Assembly: GCF_000181795.1 (NCBI RefSeq)
Contig: NW_003526945.1
Coordinates: 4,159,193 to 4,215,951 of the forward strand
Source of the DNA: Trichinella spiralis
Taxonomy: Eukaryota
DNA length: 56,759 nucleotides
Reading direction: 5' to 3'
Part shown: piece after piece, positions 47,085 to 56,759 of the stretch
Layout: the number at the start of each line of letters is the position of its first letter
Numbering within the stretch: position 1 is the first letter of the stretch
The notes under the pieces: generated by a model
Database searches by the model: none
The model's input: only the letters and a program-made list of their open reading frames with translations
Told to the model about the DNA's origin: nothing
Made by a program: the position numbers and the translations under genes

Positions 47085-47122
<38 letters not shown>

Positions 47123-50100
47123 TGAATGTGTGAATAATATCAAAGTTCAATTTTGACTACTTGTTGGAATTTTAAATTTAAATTTAAATTTCAGCCATCG
47201 TTGCCGTTGTGAAATTGAATGGCTCACCTTACTTGTGCAAAGCGGATGAAATCGGCGAAATATGTGTGCTCGCCCACTCGACCACGATGTGCTACTGGGG
47301 TCTCGAGGGCTTGTCTTATCAAATATTCAATGTAAAATTGAAATTTACATATGTAATAGAAATAAAAAATTAATTTTTATTTTATTTGTTCAGGTTGAAC
47401 CACTGGGAGCTGACGACAGGCCAATAAGCGTGATGCCGTACGTGCGTAGCGGATTGATCGGCTTTTTGGCACCTGTATGCGTGATGTTAATTAATTTATT
47501 TCAAACAGTGGTGAATTAAAAATTTATTCACTTTGTAGGGTGGTTTGGTGTTCGTTTGCGGCATCAAGAATGGTTTGATGTGTGTTTCGGGACGTTATCA
47601 CAACGTTGACGACATCATTGCCACTGTTTTGGCTGTGGAGCCGATGAAGTTCGTCTACCGAGGACGTATTGCCGTTTTCTCAGTGAAAGTTCTACGTGAC
47701 GAACGGATCTGCATCATTGCCGAACAACGAGCCGGTGTCTACGAAGAGGACAGTTTCCAATGGATGAGCCGAGTGCTGCAAGCGATCGACACCATACACA
47801 TGGTCGGCGTATACTGTTTGGCTTTGGTTCCTCCGAACGGTCTGACCAAGGTAGGCGGACTGGCTGTCGCATGCATGCAGTGTTGCTTGTCATCAATCGT
47901 TTGCCGTTGGCGTTGTTTCCATTCACGTCTTTTCAGACTCCACTGGGCGGCATTCACGTATCTGAGACGAGGCAGAAATTTTTGGATGGCACGTTGAACT
48001 TTTCCAATTTACTAATGTGTCCGCACACGTGCGTGACCAATTTGCCAAAGCCACGGGAACCTCAGCCAGGTTTGGATGTTTTTATTTTTATTTTTTACTT
48101 TGTGCTTTTCGGTCAAATCGGTCATTGAAATTTGTTTCCTTTGGTGTAGATGTCGGTCCGGCGGCAGTGTTCGTTGGCAATATTGTTCAAGGTGCTCGAA
48201 TTGCCGTTGCTCAAGGTAGAGATCTTGGTCCTGTGGACGAAGATCAGGTAACCAAATCTCGGCAACAAAGTGCACACTGGGCGTATTTTTTTTCTATCCC
48301 ACTTGATACTGTAACATAAATGCACAAAAATAGGGGTTATTATTTTTGCCTTATTTCAGTTCAAATGTTTTCTACATATATACATATATATATGTATGTA
48401 TAGCAAATTTATTTATTTGTTCAAAACACCAACATCAATAGGATATGATAGGATAATTAATTGTTGGACGAGAAAAGAGGTATTGTTTTGTTCACTATTG
48501 TGGAAATTATTTTTATTTACTTGTTTTAATTCGAATTCTTCTTACTAATTTGGTGAAAAAAAATTTGTTGTCAATATGTGATCAATTTTATCATAAGTAC
48601 ACAGTTGTTGTTCATTTAGCATCAATATTTGCATGAAATTCTTCGCACGCGAGCGTTGCAAAGTCCCGATCATGTGTTGTTCACGTTGATCAATTCCAAG
48701 GTATGGAAATAGGATGAAAAAAGTTTTGTACAATTTGTTCCAGCGAGTTGTGACAGTGCGTCAGGGAATTGCTTGCGAATTTCAGGGAGCCGAAGTGACA
48801 AGTCTTACTTGTGCAAATTTGATGCGTCGCGCTGATCGTATCGGATGTCTGCTGTTGGAGAAGGGTCGCCTGAACGTTGGCGACCACGTGGCGTTGATTT
48901 TTGCCCCGGGAATTGAATTGATTTGCGCTTTTTACGGATGCCTTGTTGTTGGTATGCTTCAAGTTTTGTTTGTTAGTTTGTTCAATTTTTTGCAGTCCAT
49001 AAGTGAAGAAGAAGAAGATGCTGATGATAATGATAATGTTGAAGCAGTCCAAAGCAAGAACGGAAGGAGTAAACCAGTGGTGATTTTTGACATTTTCAGG
49101 AATGGTTCCAGTTTGCATACGACCGCCACATCCGCAGAATTTGCAAAGCACCTTGCCTACAGTGAAGATGGTCGTCGACGTCAGTAGATCAGTGGCGATT
49201 TTGTCGACGGCCAGCATAATCAAACTGCTGAGGAGCAAAGAAGCCAACAGTCGAGTTGACGCCAAAGCATGGCCCACAATATTGGACGCTGAGGAACCGT
49301 GTCGTCGCAAACACGTCGACCAGTATCGACCTCATTCACCCAACAGTACCTGCTATTTGGACTTTTCCGTTTCAACAACTGGCATGCTTGCAGGAATCAA
49401 AGTAAAATCACCTTCGATCTTGACATAATTTTTTTCATTTTTTAACGAAAGTATTATTATTATTATTACAATTTGAACGGTATAATTTCAGATGTCTCAT
49501 CTGGGCATCTCGGCGCAGTGTCGAAGTTTGAAAATGGCTTGCGAGCTGTATCCGTCCAGACACGTCTGCTTGTGCCTAGATCCGTACTGCGGTTTGGGCT
49601 TTGTTTTGTGGTGTATATCGAGGTGACCATTGTTGTTGATGCTTTTTTCAATTGTTTATTATTATATAATAATTTTTTTGTTTCAACTTTCTTTGTTTTA
49701 GCATTCACTCAGGCCATCATTCAATTTTGATTCCACCATCTGAGATCGACTTGAATCCATCCGTATGGCTTTCTTCAGTGTCACATTTTAAAGGTATTGT
49801 ATTCATCGTTTGTTTGTTGGTATTATAATTTTCATTTGATGAATTGGGTATATTTATTTTTCAGTTAGGGACACGTTCTGCTCGTACGGTGTGGTCGAGC
49901 TGTGCGTTCGGGATTTGGCTTCCCAAGTCACTCAGCTCAAGGAACGCGGCGTGCAACTTTCCTGCGTACGAACATGCGTCATTGTTGCAGAAGAACGCCC
50001 ACGAGTGCAACTGTGTGCAGCATTTGCAAAATTATTCAGCTCGTTGGGTCTGCCACAAAGAGCCGTTTCCACAAGTTTCGGTTGTCGCGTTAACGTCGCT

Positions 50101-51287
50101 ATTTGCATGCAGGTTGAGCATTTTTAAGAAGCAGTTATTTGTTTATTTTGCTTGTTTTTTTATTGATTTGCTTTTTAATTCAACGTATGTATGTGTATTT
50201 TTTATATATATATAATGACAGGGTGCTTCGAGTCCAGATCCTTCGACAGTCTACGTTGACATGAAAGCGCTTCGCAACGACCGTGTTACTTTGGTGGAAA
50301 AAGGTTCCCCGCACAGTTTGCCCGTGATGGAATCGGGAAAGGTGGGTGATTGAGAAATTTTTAATTATTACTTTCTATTTTTTTAAATGTTTTTGTAGCT
50401 TCTTCCCGGTGTCAAAGTTGTCATTGCCAATCCGGACACTTGTGGGCAGTTGGCTGATTCTCATCTTGGAGAAGTAATTTATTCAACTATCCGGGCGGGA
50501 GAGGGTGTAATTTTGTTCGTTTTCAATTGTGAATCGAATTTCAGATATGGGTGCAAAGCATGCACAACGCATCCGGCTATTTTACCATACACGGCGAAGA
50601 ATCGTCAATTCACAACAGCCACTTTAACGCGCATCTTTCGACAGGCGACACGTTGTCCAATTTTGCAAGAACTGGCTATGTGGGCTTTTTGAGAAGAACG
50701 CAGGCTGTCACTGCTGACGGAGGCAAGTCGAATGTTTTATTGAGAATAAATGTGTAAAATTGTGATTGTAATTTTTTTTTCTTCATGATCTTATTAGATC
50801 CTCACGATGCGGTTTTTGTTATTGGTGCTTTGGACGAAACGATGATGCTTCGCGGCATGCGCTACCATCCTATAGACATTGAAACGTCCATTCTCAGGGC
50901 AAACAGAAAAATTACAGAATGGTAATAAATGTTCTAATAAGTAGTCTTTTTTTGCTTTATCTTTGTTTTTTTTAATGATAATTACGAATATTGTAAAAAT
51001 TGACTATTGTTGTTTTGTCTGTCACTCACGTTAGCGCTGTATTTACGTGGACCAATTTGCTCGTGGTCGTGGCGGAGCTCGAAGGTTCAGAGAACGAAGC
51101 GCTGAATGTGGTGCCTTTGATCACGTCGACAGTTTTGGAAGAGCATTATCTCATTGTCGGGGTAGTTGTGATTGTCGATCCCGGTGCTATTCCAATCAAT
51201 TCACGCGGCGAAAAGCAACGCATGCACTTGCGTGATTCGTTTCTCCACGACCAGCTGGATCCAATATACGTCGCCTACAACATGTAA
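39517..51287 (+). CDS. DIP2: Disco-interacting protein 2 homolog (DMAP1-binding domain plus two AMP-binding/fatty acyl-AMP ligase-like domains), ~30 exons
   Basis: N-terminus LAQLDLELSEGDLTRKGYEKK; SRDLHWGLLA, AVEPMKFVYRGRIAVFS, LMCPHTCVTNLPKPRE, YLDFSVSTTGMLAG, AEERPR, LRGMRYHPIDIE; C-terminus PINSRGEKQRMHLRDSFLHDQLDPIYVAYNM*. Contains one GC-AG intron. Confidence 0.98.
44631..44714. repeat. Compound (TACA)n(TA)n(TG)n microsatellite in a DIP2 intron
   Basis: Directly visible. Confidence 0.95.
44929..44963. repeat. (CTA)n microsatellite in a DIP2 intron
   Basis: Directly visible. Confidence 0.9.
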
Positions 51288-51328
51288 AAAAAGAAGAATA
51301 GAAAAAACGATGCGTTTGTTGCTTGCTC

Positions 51329-51329
<1 letters not shown>

Positions 51330-51361
<32 letters not shown>
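51330..51361. repeat. (GCT)n microsatellite in the DIP2 3' UTR
   Basis: Directly visible just after the stop codon. Confidence 0.9.
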
Positions 51362-51363
<2 letters not shown>

Positions 51364-52308
51364 CATTTTCATTGTCGGCTTAAGCCGACAGAAAGAACTT
51401 CTTACCTGCATTTTCTTTTCACAAGCTGTTGTTCATTTTGTCTCCTGTTTTCTTATTTTTCACATTTTCATTTTCTCTCTTTCATCATACGCTTTTTTAA
51501 GCGCATTCTTGTTCTTTTTTTTCTGAGCAAAAAAAGATGTTTACCAAATAGGAAAGATTCTTCTTTTTTGTTTTTTTCTCATTTGATTTTTTCTACTTTT
51601 ACTTCACTGATCTTTGCTATATTATTATCAATTATTATTATTATTATCGTGTGCGCTGTTGCTTCATGTTTCGGCATTTCGTCAGCGGCGTTGTACACTA
51701 CTTTTTGCTCACGACGTGTTCAGTCTGTTTGTTTGGTTTTGTTTGTTTATTCAATTTTCATTTTTTAAATGTGAATTTTCACGCGACGTTGTTTGGCCAT
51801 CGTCGTCCGCTGTCGTCTGTGCTCGCAGCTGCCCTACTGTATGTATTGGGATTTGATGTGCAAGTTTCAGTCATCGAGCTTATTTTCACTGACCAGCAAG
51901 TTGTTGACGGTAGAATTTTGCTTACCAACACAGTTGCGAGTAAAATTTAAATAATCAACAACACGTATCGCTGCAGTATTAATGTTTGATTTGCAAAGTA
52001 TTTTAATGTTCAATGTAAATGCATTTTTATTTGTTTTTCCATCAACAAAGCATTTTTATTAAAATAAAAAATATATTCACAAGTAGAATTTAATAAAATC
52101 AACATACATAAATACATGCATGCATATATACATAGAAGAATTTCACACACACACACGTGTAATAAAAATGAACAATTGTGATTATGGATGTTTAAAAAGA
52201 ATTATTCGCGTAATCATTATTTTAAAATTATTGTAAATTTGAAAGAAAATTTTTCCAAATTGTGCATCACTATAATGACTTTCTTGATGAGAACGATTCT
52301 TTCTTTGG

Positions 52309-53617
52309 TCATGATTTTTTCTTACAACTGTTTATGATGTTCCAGTATCTGTAAAGTATATATTGATCAAATCAAGCAAATAAGTAAAATTGACAACATT
52401 ATTTCTACTTTGCAGAATGGATTTCACTTTTGTCCATTTTAGCTGCAGATTTTCGTCTCAAATTAATCTGCATTTTAAAAGGGACATTACGTTGTGCAGA
52501 TGATCTTCTCAAGCCACTTTCTTGATTCCAAATAGCCTCTGCAGAGCTTAATTGATTTCGATCATTCAAATTGACGCTGTGATCATATTTCTTTAACGAT
52601 TTTGCAGACTTTTTGTTTTTTTCATTGCTGAACAATGAAGATTTTTTATCATGTTAATTAGGCTATATATTCAGAAATAGAAAACTATTTTCATCATCAT
52701 CATCATCATAATCGTCTCCCACTGGTACTTGGCAGCTGCTGTCTTTTAGATTGGAATTATTGAAAATCAGCCCGAAAAAATGCGAAATTGCGAAATCGAC
52801 ATCTCATAAAGACATACAAATGATTTGGCGTCATCTTTGCTTTTGAATTGTATTTTGATCTTTGATTTTTGTTTATCCCTATACTTTACTGTTGCTATCT
52901 TTTTCTTGTATTTCACACAAATAATCTGGCGCCAACTTATGAAAACTGTCTTGTTGTAGTTATTATAAAACTGCATTCCCTTTGTATTCGACTCATATCA
53001 ACGAGACTGTTTTTTTCGTTTGTAAAAAATAAGTGATCACCATAACTACATACATTGGCAGCTTGGGCCAAGAAACATTTCATGGCCTGGAAATGATCGC
53101 TGAATAAATGCTTGTTGAACTTTTCAGCCACATCAAATTTAAATTTTTCCAGGTCAATCATGAATCTGTGCACGATCCAATGTGGCAATTTGATATCTTC
53201 AATTATTGACGTTTTCAGCCTTTGACAACGTTCATGGCAAGCAAGTGCAGCAAGTTCAACTAAATTTTCATAAGTTAAAATTACCTGCCCATTAAATATA
53301 TTTTTAAGATAGTCCAAATAAATAACAGTTTGGAAGGCAGAAGTATTCATTAAAGGACACTTGATCAATGGATAATACAATGGCATGATTTTTAATGTGG
53401 GATCCTTTGAGTCGATTTGTTTTCTTATTGCACGATACATTTTTAACGGGCAATTACGTTTATCAACCGTGATAAAAATGCCGCTTTGGGAAAGACGCAG
53501 TTTAGCCAAGACTGCGGCGAGGAACACTTCTCCGGTAGTATTTAACTCGATGGACAATTCAGTCAGCGTGATGCGGACGTAGACTTGAACCTTATTAATT
53601 TTCCGTTTAAAAAACAT
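52309..53617 (-). pseudogene. Divergent FERM-domain gene, disrupted (probable pseudogene or mis-assembled gene)
   Basis: The 226-aa ORF shows FERM F1/F2 patterns (TTGEVFLAAVLAKLRL, YYP, IYLDYLKNIFNGQV..LVELAAL, AMKCFLAQA..SYGDHLF). The F3 lobe (GMQFY..FISWRQIICVKYKKK..FKSKDDAKSFV) lies in a different frame (52976-52767). A further frame change and two in-frame stops precede a last GT-AG intron (52408-52349). Confidence 0.7.
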
Positions 53618-54364
53618 ATCTGCCTATTTCTGTACTGACCAACAAACCAACTGAAACAATTCAATTGTTTATATGTTTGGCAAAGCTCCAATTAAATTTT
53701 CACCTCAAACAGAGGGCATTAAGTAAATAAAGAGCAATGAAAAATCTACAGTAGCCATATTTATCAGCAGAAATGAATAAAATAAAAATTTGCATGCGAG
53801 GTCGTTTGCTTTATTGACATAAAGGAAATCATTTCACTTTGAGGCCGTCCGTGAATGGTAGCTCAGCGTTTTATTCGGAAAATCGAATGAAGACAACCAT
53901 TGAAGACAAACACTATTTTTGCTTTTTATTCATTATTATTTTTTGGAATAATTTCTGAAAAATAATTTTTTAATCAACATTAAAACTGCATGAACATCAA
54001 CAATGGGAACACAACGCATTTAGCAGTAAGTGATAGTTTTTTCATTTTTAAGTCATAATCACTTAACAGCATACCTGAGAATCGATATTGAGTATAATTT
54101 CTCAATATATTTTCAGTGAAGAATTCTCAACATGAGATGATAGGTGACTTAATAAACGTACAATTTTAATTTTAAATTTCCGTACAATTAAGTTTGATTA
54201 AATACACCCTGTACGTATTGTTTATCTATTATTAAAACACGATCTTTCGAAAATCACCGTTGCAGTAGCGAACATGCACTTTTAATTGACCACAAGCAAG
54301 CTTTTGCCCGTAAATTGTTCACTTAAAATTAACTTCATTTCAGCTACTTGGTTTTCTGATTTAA

Positions 54365-56353
54365 GAAAATTTTCCAGAAATGCGTAGGTGTGTTTTGTCT
54401 ATGTCAATTTTGTTTTATTATGGCGTTTTTTGTCAGATAGTTTATATTTTGACTAGATTTTAAATGTCTAGGTCATTTTTGAATTTCCAAATAGTCCTTT
54501 CCTAATTGATAGAATTTAGCAGTGCATTTCTTCTGTTCATATTATATCATAGCATGGGTAAGAATTTAGCGTCAGCCTAAAGTTCTAACGCACTAAAAAT
54601 CGGATTCGAACGTTCACTATGCAAATGAGGATCGCCATAACGCTGCCTTATCAGCATGTTTGTTGGTATGGGTGCGTTTGTTTATTTAACTGACGTGGCA
54701 ATTGGTAGCCTAATGCGAAACGTTCTCTGAGTTCATTACAACGTTAAGTAGCTGCTGAAGTTTGTTTCAGAATTACTGACAAGTATTCCACTTTTCTGCT
54801 TGTTAAAACTTTGCATACTCATTTTGTAAACAATTATTTTTAATTAGATCGCACTTAATTATTATATTTGTTGTAAATCTTTTTTGTGATAAAGTGAGGA
54901 CAGTTTTGATTTAATATCATTATTACAGGTTCAAAGAATGGAGCAAAGAACATGTGAAAACACGGACGGCACGAAGCAGAACAGTAGAAAACAAGAGGTG
55001 AATGTGATTTCTTGTGCATCTGTGAAGCAGGGCTAAGCATACTTCGAAAGGGTGAAGTTATTCCTTAGTTTAATGAAATTACCCCAGTTTGTAGTATGTA
55101 GTATATGAGTGAGATATTTTCCACTGTAAAACTGTTCTTTTTGATTTTCATATTACGATTAGGTATGACTTCATCTTTAGAAAAATTGAAAATTAATTAA
55201 CTCTATTTTCACTTTAAGTGATTTTTTCAAATTTCGCATCATCAGGGATATTTGGTTAATTACATTTTTTGTTTGATTAACTTTGTTTGTCAGCATACGC
55301 AGCCAATGTGCCTATAATTTAGTGAAAAGATTTTGCGATGAGTTCCATTTATGTAGGTAATTTTTAAATTTTTAAATATGAAATTCAGACATGCAAAGGC
55401 GTGTTTTGACTAAGTGAATTTTTCTTTGTTATGGCATTCTATCGNNNNNNNNNNNNNNNNNNNNNNNNNNNNNNNNNNNNNNNNNNNNNNNNNNNNNNNN
55501 NNNNNNNNNNNNNNNNNNNNNNNNNNNNNNNNNNNNNNNNNNNNNNNNNNNNNNNNNNNNNNNNNNNNNNNNNNNNNNNNNNNNNNNNNNNNNNNNNNNN
55601 NNNNNNNNNNNNNNNTTTTTAATTTTTTAAAATAGAAATTTCAGACATGCAAAGGGCGTGTTTGAACTAAGTGAATTTTTTCTTTGTTAAGGCATTTCTA
55701 TCGGGAATAGTTTTAATATTTGACTGAATTTTAAATGTCAAGGTCATTTCTGAATTTTCAAATACTCCTCAGTGGTTTACTGTAGTTGTGCATTTGAACT
55801 ACTTTTTCAAGCAATTTGAAATGAGCTGAAGACGGTTTTTAATTATTGAAAGTATTCAAAATTTTCTCGTTGTAACTATTTTTTGGAAACTATATGTATA
55901 ATCATTTTGTTAAGGTTATCTTTAATTGAAAATCAGTTACTTCTTTTATTTCATTATTCTTTGTTCAATTTTTTAATTCCACTGTGTAATAAAGTACGAA
56001 AGGTTTTAATTTAACATTTACTATTCTTAAAGGTATGACCAATGAAGAAAAGAAGAAGTGAAAACAGGGACGACACGAAGCTGAACAAGAGAAGACAACG
56101 TCCCTGGGATCTCAATTCTGTAGGTCTGGTGTTGGGATACTTCGAAAGGGCGAAGTTATCCCATAGTTTAATTAAGTTAAAGAAGAGTTTAATTAAAAGA
56201 AAGAGATTAAACGGGGGCGACATGAAGCGGAACGCGGACGGCATAAAGTAAAATTAAAGAAGACAGGATGTGCATACGGTTACCCGTCGATGCCAATTCT
56301 GTTAGTCTCGGCAGCAGAAAATTCAAACGGGTGAAGTAATGTCTTAGTTTAAT
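54365..56353 (+). repeat. Degenerate tandem duplication (~1.0-1.1 kb period) with partial third copy
   Basis: 54365-54500 resembles 55636-55770 (TGACT..TTTTAAATGTC.AGGTCATTT.TGAATTT.CAAATA.TCCT). ATACTTCGAAAGGG.GAAGTTAT.CC.TAGTTTAAT occurs at ~55039 and ~56137, with a weaker copy at ~56325. AAC..GGACG.CAC/TGAAG occurs at ~54959, ~56063 and ~56231. Confidence 0.75.
55445..55615. other. Assembly gap (171 N)
   Basis: Run of N; the flanking ~80 nt are near-identical on both sides. Confidence 1.
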
Positions 56354-56759
56354 TCGTACAAATCTGCATGGCAGAGTTCTGAATTAATGCCGTGCGTAAT
56401 CAATCTTGTCGATATAATTTTTGATTTTCATTGATTTTGTTTGTAATTTTTGTTTTTCTTCTGTTTTTGTATTTCATTGTATTGTTTGATTTTGAACAGT
56501 TTGGAAACAAATTGTTTTACTTTTATTTTTTTTCTGAATCTTTTTTACTTTAATAGATTCAAACTTTATTTATACCTCTTTTATTTTATATATTTTATTG
56601 ATTTTTTATTTTCCCCAATTACTTTGTTACTTATTTCATTTAAACTTTAACTGAAATAAAAGTATTGGCAAATGAAACATTGTATACCACTCTTCAAAGG
56701 GCGGAGGGGGGGTGGCGGGTGGGTATACGGAGCTTAAAGATAGTTTATATATATATACG

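Noticed and set aside
48690..49310. 206-aa minus-strand ORF
   Set aside because: Antisense shadow of DIP2 exons.
51172..51950. 198-aa and other ORFs after DIP2
   Set aside because: Low-complexity, T-rich 3' UTR and (GCT)n translation.
53009..53015. A_AAA_AAC slippery heptamer in the FERM ORF as a programmed -1 frameshift site
   Set aside because: The -1 frame hits TGA three codons later (53000-52998), so it cannot connect to the F3 lobe.
54550..54640. GGATTCGAA B-box-like motif and short stem suggesting a tRNA or SINE
   Set aside because: No cloverleaf or properly spaced A-box.

Overview
AT-rich (roughly 30% GC by eye) eukaryotic genomic DNA with many short (~50-100 nt) GT-AG introns and many microsatellites. 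Composition and gene content suggest a nematode, most likely a clade I worm such as Trichinella (inference, not verified). Six intact intron-rich genes can be reconstructed by hand: a GPI-anchored two-Ig Dpr/ZIG-8-like protein (+), MFSD12 (-), an SPPL2-type aspartyl intramembrane protease (-), SNRK (+), mitochondrial leucyl-tRNA synthetase (+) and DIP2 (+). Features not visible in the ORF track: a mir-9/mir-79 pre-miRNA hairpin at 7569-7652 with a candidate CCAAT promoter just upstream; a decayed LTR-retrotransposon remnant; a broken (frameshifted and stop-containing) FERM-domain gene; an old degenerate tandem duplication around an assembly gap; and two non-canonical introns (an apparent GT-GG intron in MFSD12 and a GC-AG intron in DIP2). 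I did not find a convincing wholly new multi-gene system. The best leads are the RNA-level oddities listed under findings. All exon coordinates were derived manually and could be off by a few bases.
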